DNA of 64,000 nucleotides, taken from assembly GCA_902520495.1 (NCBI GenBank), contig CABYNW010000002.1:610-64609 (forward strand), read 5' to 3'. Within the stretch, counting starts at the first letter, position 1; each line of letters starts with the position of its first letter. Under the pieces are notes generated by a model. It had not been told where the DNA came from, searched no databases, and saw only the letters and a list, made by a program, of their open reading frames with translations. A program made the translations under genes and the position numbers. Positions 21,815 through 29,950 of this stretch are shown here, in pieces. The stretch comes from an uncultured SAR86 cluster bacterium (GTDB taxonomy: Bacteria; Pseudomonadota; Gammaproteobacteria; Magnimaribacterales; D2472).

Positions 21815-22408
21815 ATGGTAATTATAAGATTGGCAAGAAGTGGGGCTAAAAAGAACCCATATTATTTTATAACTGTTGCAGACGAAAGACGTCCAAGAGA
21901 TGGCGCATTCATAGAAAGATTAGGTTTTTTTAATCCCAGCGCTCAGGGTCAAGAAGAGAGGCTTAGGATAGATCTTGCTAAATTAGAGGAGTGGGTTTCT
22001 AAGGGAGCTCAAGTCAGCGAAAGGGTAAATTCATTAATTAAAGAGGCTAAATTAACTCCAGAAGAATTTGCTGCAAAGGCAGAGGCAAAAAAAGCAAAAG
22101 CAGCTGCTAAAAAAGCTTTGGTTGCTGAAAAATTAGCGAAAGAGGCCGATGAACAAGCTCTGGCTGAAGAAGCTCCTGCCGAAGAAGTACCAGCTGAAGA
22201 AGCTCCTGCTGAAGAAGAAGCACCAGCTGAAGAAGCTCCTGCTGAAGAAGAAGCACCTGCTGAAGAAGCTCCTGCTGAAGAAGAAGCTCCTGCTGAAGAA
22301 GAAGCTCCTGCTGAAGAAGCACCAGCTGAAGAAGCTCCTGCTGAAGAAGAAGCTCCTGCTGAAGAAGAGTCAATTGAAAATGATTCTTCAGAAGATGAAA
22401 AAAAATAA
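21815..22408 (+). CDS. rpsP: 30S ribosomal protein S16 with about 115-aa C-terminal extension (AKKA-rich segment, then AEE(E)AP repeats)
   Basis: The core [30 protein letters not shown]...[12 protein letters not shown] matches S16 (about 82 aa in E. coli). The ORF continues in frame to 197 aa. Confidence 0.9.
   Translation: MVIIRLARSGAKKNPYYFITVADERRPRDGAFIERLGFFNPSAQGQEERLRIDLAKLEEWVSKGAQVSERVNSLIKEAKLTPEEFAAKAEAKKAKAAAKKALVAEKLAKEADEQALAEEAPAEEVPAEEAPAEEEAPAEEAPAEEEAPAEEAPAEEEAPAEEEAPAEEAPAEEAPAEEEAPAEEESIENDSSEDEKK
22163..22369 (+). repeat. Intragenic tandem repeat array: about 12 units of 15/18 nt (GCTGAAGAA(GAA)GCTCCT) encoding [11 protein letters not shown]
   Basis: Read directly from the sequence: 69 codons composed only of A, E, P plus one V. 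Confidence 0.95.
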
Positions 22409-22919
22409 ATTAATTTTAATAGCTTCAATTGGTAAGCCTAGAGGCTTAAAAGGCGAATTTTTTCTTAATTCATATTCAAGTCCACCAGATAATATTCTTA
22501 ATTATTTTAATTTACTAAAAAATCATGATGTTTTTGAAGACCTTAATATTGAATATGTAAAAAAAATTAATCTTCGTTTTTACTCTAAGATAACAAATAT
22601 AAATAATATCGATGAAATAGCAAAATATACTAATACTAAGTTATATATTAATTCAAAAGATCTTCCAAGATTATCGCAAAATGAAACTTATTGGCATGAT
22701 TTAATCGGAATGATTGTCATAGATAAAAATTTTGATGAAATACTTGGAGTTGTAGAAGGATTAAATAATTTTGGCGCAGATGATTGTATTATAGTAAAAC
22801 CAACAGAGGCTTCTATTGATAAGAAGAATAGGCTAATACCATTTATTAAAGAAAAATTTATTCAATCAATAGATAAAAAAAAGAGAGTAATAAAAGTAAA
22901 CTGGCAAAAAGATTTTTAA
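22395..22919 (+). CDS. rimM: 16S rRNA processing protein RimM
   Basis: ATG 22395 gives [22 protein letters not shown], the canonical RimM N-terminus, and a 174-aa protein. It overlaps rpsP by 14 nt. The track ORF's upstream 82 codons are an alternate-frame reading of the S16 repeats. Confidence 0.85.
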   Translation: MKKNKLILIASIGKPRGLKGEFFLNSYSSPPDNILNYFNLLKNHDVFEDLNIEYVKKINLRFYSKITNINNIDEIAKYTNTKLYINSKDLPRLSQNETYWHDLIGMIVIDKNFDEILGVVEGLNNFGADDCIIVKPTEASIDKKNRLIPFIKEKFIQSIDKKKRVIKVNWQKDF

Positions 22920-22922
22920 GTT

Positions 22923-23654
22923 ATGAATATTAATATTTTAACAATTTTTCCCGAGATATTTGATATTTTTAATGTTGGCTTAATTTCAAAATCTATAAAA
23001 AAGAATTTAATATCAATTAATACATTTGATATTAGAAAAAACTCTATAAATAAACATAATCATGTAGATTCAAAGCCATATGGTGGAGGCGAAGGAATGG
23101 TTATGATGGCTGAGCCTATTGTAAAGACCCTTTCAGGTATTCAAAAAAGAAAGGTTGGTAAAGTTATATATCTATCGCCTCAAGGAAAAAAATTAGACCA
23201 AAAAAAAGTTATTTCATTAGCGGAAAGAAAAAATTTAACTCTTATATGCGGAAGGTACGAAGGCATAGATCAACGTGTAATTGAAAAATATGTTGATGAA
23301 GAGATTTCAATAGGAGATTTTGTGTTAAGTGGAGGTGAATATGCTGCTATTTGTCTAATTGATGCAATATCTAGACACATACCGGGTGTTTTAGGTAATC
23401 AAGATTCATATTTAAAAGATACATTTTCTAATGGGTTATTAAAAGGACATGTCTTTACAAAACCAGAAATATTTGAATCTATGGAGGTTCCTTCAGAACT
23501 TTTATCTGGTAATCATAAAGAGATTGAGAAATGGAAGCTTGAGAGCTCTTTGCTCCAAACATTTCTAAAAAGACCAGATTTATTAGAGAATAAAAAATTA
23601 TCAAAAAAACAAAAAAAACTCTTGGAAGAATTAGCATCTAAGGCTATCCTATAG
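22923..23654 (+). CDS. trmD: tRNA (guanine37-N1)-methyltransferase
   Basis: It has the blocks ILTIFPEIF, YGGGEGMVM, GRYEGIDQRV and GDFVLSGGE, and sits in the expected operon position. Confidence 0.95.
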   Translation: MNINILTIFPEIFDIFNVGLISKSIKKNLISINTFDIRKNSINKHNHVDSKPYGGGEGMVMMAEPIVKTLSGIQKRKVGKVIYLSPQGKKLDQKKVISLAERKNLTLICGRYEGIDQRVIEKYVDEEISIGDFVLSGGEYAAICLIDAISRHIPGVLGNQDSYLKDTFSNGLLKGHVFTKPEIFESMEVPSELLSGNHKEIEKWKLESSLLQTFLKRPDLLENKKLSKKQKKLLEELASKAIL

Positions 23655-23673
23655 CCCTTTTTAGGCGAATATT

Positions 23674-24582
23674 ATGAGTGATAACAAAGATAAGAAGAAA
23701 AAGGGCTTTTTTGCTAGACTATTTGGCAGCTCTGATGCGCCTAAAGATAGCAACAATAAAGATACATCTTCAAAAGAAATAAACGAAACTCCTTCATTAT
23801 CTGCAGTGAAAAAAATGAAAAAAGCAGATATAGTTGATTCTGCTAAAGTAAATGGATTGGATTTAGATATTAATCTTACAAAAGCTAAATTAATCGAAGC
23901 ATGGGAGCTGCATTTTAATCCTGATTCTGTATCAAGCACCCCTCAAAAAGAAAAATTAGAAGAAGCACCAACTGAAGAAGAAACACCAGCTGAAGAAGAA
24001 GCACCAGCTGAAGAAGAAACACCACCAGCTGAAGAAGCTCCTGAAGAAGAAACAACAGCTGAAGAAGCTCCTGAAGAAGAAGCACCAACTGAAGAAGAAA
24101 CACCACCAGCTGAAGAAGCTCCTGAAGAAGAAACAACAGCTGAAGAAGAAACACCAACTGAAGAAGCTCCTGAAGAAGAAACACCAACTGAAGAAGCTCC
24201 TGAAGAAGTAAAAGTCTCATTAGATGAAAAGAACCCGTCTCAAATAATTAAAGACTTTGAAACAAAACAAATGAAAACTGATTTACCCAATTTTAGGCCA
24301 GGAGACACTGTCATTGTTTCCGTAAAAGTAAAGGAAGGGCAAAGATCAAGACTTCAAGCATTTGAAGGTGTTGTTATGGGTGTTAAAAATGCAGGATTAA
24401 ATTCATCATTTATTGTTCGCAAGATTTCGAGTGGTATTGGTGTGGAGAGAACTTTTCAAACCCACAGCCCTATGATTGATTCTATAAAAGTAAAAAGAAA
24501 AGGTGATGTTAGACAATCTAAGTTATATTATCTAAGAGAAAGATCCGGTAAATCTGCAAGAATTAAAGAACGTTTAGAATAA
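23674..24582 (+). CDS. rplS: 50S ribosomal protein L19 with 187-aa N-terminal extension
   Basis: The C-terminal 115 aa ([25 protein letters not shown]...[19 protein letters not shown]) are collinear with E. coli L19. No ATG, GTG or TTG lies near the core start, and the ORF is open back to ATG 23674. Confidence 0.85.
   Translation: MSDNKDKKKKGFFARLFGSSDAPKDSNNKDTSSKEINETPSLSAVKKMKKADIVDSAKVNGLDLDINLTKAKLIEAWELHFNPDSVSSTPQKEKLEEAPTEEETPAEEEAPAEEETPPAEEAPEEETTAEEAPEEEAPTEEETPPAEEAPEEETTAEEETPTEEAPEEETPTEEAPEEVKVSLDEKNPSQIIKDFETKQMKTDLPNFRPGDTVIVSVKVKEGQRSRLQAFEGVVMGVKNAGLNSSFIVRKISSGIGVERTFQTHSPMIDSIKVKRKGDVRQSKLYYLRERSGKSARIKERLE
23959..24207 (+). repeat. Intragenic acidic repeat region (EE(E)(A/T)P(P)(A/T) units; nested 84-nt and 30-nt duplications)
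   Basis: These 83 codons consist of E, A, P and T only. [19 protein letters not shown] occurs twice, 84 nt apart (from about 24011 and 24095). [10 protein letters not shown] occurs twice, 30 nt apart (about 24148 and 24178). Confidence 0.95.
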
Positions 24583-24586
24583 TATA

Positions 24587-25477
24587 ATGCATGAGTTAAT
24601 CAAAGAAGATCCTTATCTTAAGGACTTCTTTAACTATTTATATATAGAGAAGGGATTATCACAAAATACTGTTAAATCTTATAAAAGAGATTTAGATAAT
24701 TTTCTTAATTGGTCTAATAAATCTCAGAAATCAAATTATATTAATTTTAATGAAGTTCAAATTAATAAATATATTTCTTTTTTATTTAAATCAAAGCTAA
24801 AAAGCTCATCGGTTAATAGAAAAATTTCATCCCTAAAAGCCTTATATTTATATTTAGTAAAAAAAAATATAGTTAATAGTTCACCGGTTAATGAAATTGT
24901 TACACCGAAGCAAGAGAAATATCTTCCAATGTCAATGTCTGAGGATGAAGTAGATAGATTGTTGGAAAGCCCAGATCTCACTATTGAAATAGAAATAAGA
25001 GATAAGGCTATGATTGAATTGCTTTATGCAACAGGAACGAGGATATCAGAATTACTTAATCTTAAAATTATTGATATGGATACACAAAGATGCGTTATCA
25101 AGGTTATAGGAAAAGGTTCAAAAGAAAGATTAATTCCATTTGGAGAATCAGCACTTGAAGCAATAAATAATTACTTAGCAGTTAGAAAAAAATCAACATC
25201 AAAGGAAGTTTTTTTGTCAAATAGAGGAACTAAACTGAGCCGAGTAGCTTTCTGGAAAAGAATAAAAATATACCTTATACGAACAAATTTAAAAGAATCT
25301 ATTTCGCCTCACACCTTAAGACATGCATTTGCAACACATTTGTTAAATAGAGGTGCTGATTTAAGATCAGTTCAATTACTTCTTGGCCATAGTGACTTAT
25401 CTACCACTCAAATATATACTCACATTGCAAAACAAAGACTGGGCGAAGTTTTAAAAAAACATCACCCAAGAGGATAA
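24587..25477 (+). CDS. xerD: Tyrosine recombinase XerD
   Basis: It contains the catalytic blocks ATGTRISEL and LRHAFATHLLNRGADLRSVQLLLGHSDLSTTQIYTH. Synteny with dsbC favours XerD over XerC. Confidence 0.85.
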   Translation: MHELIKEDPYLKDFFNYLYIEKGLSQNTVKSYKRDLDNFLNWSNKSQKSNYINFNEVQINKYISFLFKSKLKSSSVNRKISSLKALYLYLVKKNIVNSSPVNEIVTPKQEKYLPMSMSEDEVDRLLESPDLTIEIEIRDKAMIELLYATGTRISELLNLKIIDMDTQRCVIKVIGKGSKERLIPFGESALEAINNYLAVRKKSTSKEVFLSNRGTKLSRVAFWKRIKIYLIRTNLKESISPHTLRHAFATHLLNRGADLRSVQLLLGHSDLSTTQIYTHIAKQRLGEVLKKHHPRG

Positions 25478-25478
25478 A

Positions 25479-26192
25479 ATGAAATTTAGATTGCTAATTA
25501 ATAGTTTTCTTATTCTTTCTTTATCAATTTCTTCAAATGAAGCTGAAATTAAAGAAAGAATATCTACTATTTTGCCTCCTGGAACCGAAATTGAAGCAAT
25601 AGAAGAATCAAACGTCCCTAATATTTTTAAAGTTTATTATGGCGATGTAAAACCCCTATATGTTTCAAAAGACGGGAAGTATTTTTTATATGGAGATATG
25701 TTTGAAATCAAATCATCTAAAATTATTAATTTAACTGCAAATGATGTTGCTAAAAGACGAATGAAATTAATGCAAGATATAAGCAAAGATGAATTAATAT
25801 CTTTTATATCAAAAAATGAATCTTATAGCGTTACTGTATTTACTGATGTGGATTGTGGGTATTGTAGAAAACTACATGATGAAATTGAAAATTATAATGA
25901 CCTGGGTATTTCAATTCATTATGCTGCTTTTCCAAGATCAGGCATTGGAACAGAAGCTTTTACAAAAATGGTAGGAGCTTGGTGCTCAGAAGATCCAAAA
26001 GAATCAATAACTAGTTTAAAAAAAGGAAAAAATTTAAGATTAAATTTTTGTGACTCTCAACCGGTAGCAAAACATTATGTAATTGGACAGAAATTAGGGA
26101 TTACTGGAACCCCAGCTATCATATCTAACAATGGTGAGTTATATCCTGGTTATTTTTCTCCAAAAGATTTACTTGATAAACTAAAGAGTTAA
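25479..26192 (+). CDS. dsbC: Thiol:disulfide interchange protein DsbC
   Basis: It has a signal-like N-terminus, the CGYC active site and the GTPA cis-Pro loop. It is 237 aa long. Confidence 0.85.
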   Translation: MKFRLLINSFLILSLSISSNEAEIKERISTILPPGTEIEAIEESNVPNIFKVYYGDVKPLYVSKDGKYFLYGDMFEIKSSKIINLTANDVAKRRMKLMQDISKDELISFISKNESYSVTVFTDVDCGYCRKLHDEIENYNDLGISIHYAAFPRSGIGTEAFTKMVGAWCSEDPKESITSLKKGKNLRLNFCDSQPVAKHYVIGQKLGITGTPAIISNNGELYPGYFSPKDLLDKLKS

Positions 26193-26193
26193 T

Positions 26194-27456
26194 ATGAAAA
26201 AATTAAGAGTTGGTATATGTGGTTGGGGTAATGTTGCTACAGGCTTGTTTAATACAATTGAAAATAATAATAAATTTATAAAGTCCAATGGAAATTTAGA
26301 AATTGAAATTGTTGTTATTGGAGCAAGAAGAGATAATCCAAAATGCGATCCAGGGAAAATCAAGATTGAAAGAGATATTTTTGATGTTATAGATCATGAT
26401 ATTGATGTTCTTGTGGAGTTAATAGGGGGAGTTGAGGTAGCTAGAGAATTAATATTGAAGGCTATAAAGAATAAAAAACATATCATAACTGCAAACAAGG
26501 CAGTCTTATTTCATCATGGAGATGAAATATTTAAAGAAGCAAGGTCTAATGATATTAAAGTTCTATTTGAATCTTCGGTATGCGCTGGAACGCCAATAAT
26601 AAAACTTCTTACTGAGGAATTATCTGCAAACAAAGTTACTAAAATTGCCGGAATGCTTAATGGAACATCTAATTTTATATTATCTAATATGGAAGAAGGC
26701 GCGGACTTTAAACCAACTTTAGAATTAGCTCAAAAAGAAGGATATGCAGAACCTGACCCAACATTTGATATCGAAGGAATGGATGCAGCACACAAAATTG
26801 GAATATTATCCTCGCTCGCTTATGGAACACCCTTGCCTCCAGATGATTTCTATATAGAAGGAATATCTAAAGTAGAAAAAATTGATTTTAAATATGCTAA
26901 AGATATGGGATTTACCATTAAACATCTTGCTGTTTCAAAATTAAATAATGAAAACATTGAATTAAGGGCACATCCTGTTCTTATTAAGGAAGATTCCTAT
27001 TTAGCAAATTTAAAAAGCGTTAGAAACGGAATAGAAATCGAAACAGATTTGCTTGGAACTCTCCATATTGCTGGCTCAGGTGCAGGACAAGAATCAACCG
27101 CATCAGGTGTGATATCTGATTTAGTCCATTTAGCAAATTCAAACAATAATACTAAAGAGATAAATTTAAGCAGTAAGAAGAAATTAATTGATTTCTTAAG
27201 TTTAAGTTTTCAATATTATTTCTATATTGAAGCTGAAGACATTCCTGGGGTTATGGCTTCAATAACCTCAATGTTTGCTGAAAAAAAGATTGGTATTGAG
27301 TCAATAGTTCAGAAAGAAGACTTAAAAGATAATATGGTTCCAATCGTACTTATTACAGATTTATTTCTTGAAAAAGAGCATGATGATTTACTTAAAAATA
27401 TACTAAATCTTGATTCTGTCTTTAAGGTAAGATCAATAAGAATAGAAATTGATTAG
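26194..27456 (+). CDS. hom: Homoserine dehydrogenase (with C-terminal ACT domain)
   Basis: It has the NAD-binding N-terminus VGICGWGNV, the ANK and NGTSNFIL blocks, and an ACT-like tail. It is followed by thrC. Confidence 0.9.
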   Translation: MKKLRVGICGWGNVATGLFNTIENNNKFIKSNGNLEIEIVVIGARRDNPKCDPGKIKIERDIFDVIDHDIDVLVELIGGVEVARELILKAIKNKKHIITANKAVLFHHGDEIFKEARSNDIKVLFESSVCAGTPIIKLLTEELSANKVTKIAGMLNGTSNFILSNMEEGADFKPTLELAQKEGYAEPDPTFDIEGMDAAHKIGILSSLAYGTPLPPDDFYIEGISKVEKIDFKYAKDMGFTIKHLAVSKLNNENIELRAHPVLIKEDSYLANLKSVRNGIEIETDLLGTLHIAGSGAGQESTASGVISDLVHLANSNNNTKEINLSSKKKLIDFLSLSFQYYFYIEAEDIPGVMASITSMFAEKKIGIESIVQKEDLKDNMVPIVLITDLFLEKEHDDLLKNILNLDSVFKVRSIRIEID

Positions 27457-27458
27457 AA

Positions 27459-28844
27459 ATGCTTTTTCATAGTACTAGAGGCAAAGATAGCGATAAAACA
27501 TTTGAAGAGGTCCTGATGCAAGGGCTTGCAAAAGATGGTGGTCTATTTATGCCAAATCATTGGCCAAAGATAGACATAGAAGAATTAAGACATTTTGATA
27601 ATTTTATTGATGTTGCCAAACATATCGTTCCTTTATTTACTGACTCATCTTTTAGCAAAATTGAAGTTGAAAATCTTCTTGATAAGACTTGGCATGATTT
27701 TGACAAGAAAGATCTAATTAATATCTTTGAAATTGATGAATCTATATCAATCTTAGAATTATTTCATGGACCAACATCTGCTTTTAAGGACTTTGGACTT
27801 CAACTTGCAGCTGCTTTTTTTAATAAGACTTTACAAACTCAAAATAAAACTGCTGTAGTATTTGGTGCAACCTCTGGAGATACGGGCTCAGCTGCAATAG
27901 ATGCTTGTAAAGAATTTAGTTTAATTAAAAGCTTTATATTAATACCTGAAGGAAATATGTCTGAAATTCAGAGAAAACAAATGACAACTGTTGATAAGGA
28001 AAATGTTTTTCCAATTTTAGCTAATGGAACATTTGATGATTGCCAAGATATTGTTAAAAAGGGGTTTAAAGAAAGAACTTTTTTAAAGGATAATCAGTAT
28101 TTATTAGCAGTTAATTCTATTAATTGGGTAAGAATTATAGGACAAATCTGTTATTACTTTTATGTTTCATTAAAAATAAATAAATTATCAGAACCATTAA
28201 ATTTTTCTGTACCTACTGGAAATTTTGGAAATGTCTTTGCGTGTTACGCTGCCTCTAAGATGGGCATGCCATTATCAAAGATTGTAGTAGCTGTAAATTC
28301 TAATAATATTCTTGATAGATTTTTTAAAAACAATGATTACTCAAAGATGCAAGTAAACGAAACTATATCACCAAGTATGGATATAAGCGTTGCAAGTAAT
28401 TTTGAAAGGTTGCTTTATGATTTCTATCTTAATCGCGACTCAGACTTATGTTTCAATCTGTATTCAGAATTTCCTAACAAAAGCATAAAAATTAATGATG
28501 ATTTGTGGAATAAGTCATCTAACTTATTTATGAGTTATAGCTCTGATGATATTTCTACATATAAATGCATGCAATTTTATTATGAGAATTTTAATTATAT
28601 TATGGATCCCCATACAGCAGTTGCAGCAGATGCAGTAAAAAGTCTTAGAGATAAATTAAGTGGTAAAACTGTAATATTATCAACAGCACATCCTGCAAAA
28701 TTTCCATTAGCACTTAAAAATGCTGGCATATCAATAAACAATACTCCAAAAAAACTGAGTGAGGTTTTAAATAAAAAAGAAACAGCAAAAAAATTGAGTA
28801 CAGAAGACAATTCAATATTTGAATATATAAAAGAAAAAAATTAA
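27459..28844 (+). CDS. thrC: Threonine synthase (long form)
   Basis: It starts LFHSTRG and carries the PLP-lysine motif HGPTSAFKDFG. It is 461 aa long. Confidence 0.9.
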   Translation: MLFHSTRGKDSDKTFEEVLMQGLAKDGGLFMPNHWPKIDIEELRHFDNFIDVAKHIVPLFTDSSFSKIEVENLLDKTWHDFDKKDLINIFEIDESISILELFHGPTSAFKDFGLQLAAAFFNKTLQTQNKTAVVFGATSGDTGSAAIDACKEFSLIKSFILIPEGNMSEIQRKQMTTVDKENVFPILANGTFDDCQDIVKKGFKERTFLKDNQYLLAVNSINWVRIIGQICYYFYVSLKINKLSEPLNFSVPTGNFGNVFACYAASKMGMPLSKIVVAVNSNNILDRFFKNNDYSKMQVNETISPSMDISVASNFERLLYDFYLNRDSDLCFNLYSEFPNKSIKINDDLWNKSSNLFMSYSSDDISTYKCMQFYYENFNYIMDPHTAVAADAVKSLRDKLSGKTVILSTAHPAKFPLALKNAGISINNTPKKLSEVLNKKETAKKLSTEDNSIFEYIKEKN

Positions 28845-28852
28845 TAAAAATC

Positions 28853-29950
28853 ATGGATATCCAAGAATTAAAATTAACTCTTCAAGACCTTCAAAATAGA
28901 GTAAATGATATAAAAGATAATGCACTCAATATAGAATCTAAAAAAAAACGAGTCCTTGAAATTAACAATCAGCTTGCAAAAGAGGAAGTATGGTCTGATT
29001 TAGATCTTTCTCAAAAATTAAGTAAAGAAAAAACTTCGTTGGAGAAGATAGTAGCTTCATACGAGATAGTTTTTGACAAAGTATCAGATTCACAAGTTCT
29101 TTTAGATATCTCAATAGAGGAAAATGATGATTCTTCAATTGATGAAATATCAAATGGTGTTTTTGAAATTTCCAAAATGGTCGAGGAGCTTGAATTTAGT
29201 AGAATGTTTACTAAAAAAATGGACCCTTCATCTGCTTTTATTGAAATTCAATCTGGATCAGGTGGAACAGAGGCACAAGATTGGGCAGAGATGCTTTTAA
29301 GAATGTACACAAAATGGGCTGAAAGACGAGATTTCAATTTAAATATGATTGAAATATCTCATGGAGAGGTAGCTGGGATTAAGTCAGCATCTCTTTATGT
29401 TGAAGGCCATTATGCATATGGTTGGCTAAGAACAGAAACAGGTATTCACAGACTTGTAAGGAAATCTCCTTTTGATTCTGGCAATAGAAGACATACATCT
29501 TTTGCTTCAGTTTTTATATCGCCTGAGGTTGACGACTCTATTGAAATTAACCTCAATAAAGCAGATATAAGAACAGATACCTACAGAGCTTCTGGTGCTG
29601 GGGGGCAGCATGTTAATAAAACAGATTCAGCAGTTAGGTTAACTCATATTCCAACCGGAGTTGTGGCACAATCCCAAAGCGATAGGTCGCAACATAAAAA
29701 TAAAGAAAATGCATTAAAACAATTAAAATCTAAGCTTTACGAGTTAGAATTACAAAAACAGAACGAAGAACAACAGCTTCTTGAAGATAGTAAGTCTGAT
29801 ATTGGATGGGGAAGTCAGATAAGATCTTATGTATTGGATCAATCAAGGATAAAGGACTTAAGAACGAATCATGAGACTGGAAATACTGCAGCAGTTTTGA
29901 ATGGAGATTTAGATGATTTTATGAAATCATCATTAAAAGCAGGAATATAA
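28853..29950 (+). CDS. prfB: Peptide chain release factor 2, encoded in one continuous frame
   Basis: It has the SPF tripeptide (RKSPFDS) and the GGQ motif (SGAGGQHVNKTDSAVR). It is 365 aa long with no internal in-frame stop. Confidence 0.95.
   Translation: MDIQELKLTLQDLQNRVNDIKDNALNIESKKKRVLEINNQLAKEEVWSDLDLSQKLSKEKTSLEKIVASYEIVFDKVSDSQVLLDISIEENDDSSIDEISNGVFEISKMVEELEFSRMFTKKMDPSSAFIEIQSGSGGTEAQDWAEMLLRMYTKWAERRDFNLNMIEISHGEVAGIKSASLYVEGHYAYGWLRTETGIHRLVRKSPFDSGNRRHTSFASVFISPEVDDSIEINLNKADIRTDTYRASGAGGQHVNKTDSAVRLTHIPTGVVAQSQSDRSQHKNKENALKQLKSKLYELELQKQNEEQQLLEDSKSDIGWGSQIRSYVLDQSRIKDLRTNHETGNTAAVLNGDLDDFMKSSLKAGI

Noticed and set aside
22149-22394. 5' part of track ORF 22149..22919, encoding LKKLLLKKK repeats
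   Set aside because: This is an alternate-frame reading of the GAAGAAGCT repeats inside rpsP. The RimM homology begins only at ATG 22395.
22009-22428. Antisense ORFs across the acidic repeat arrays (22009..22428, 22107..22373, 23915..24220, 23661..23939)
   Set aside because: These are low-complexity translations (SSAGA or LLQQE repeats) produced automatically by the reverse complement of GAA/GCT repeats. They lie inside well-supported ribosomal protein genes.
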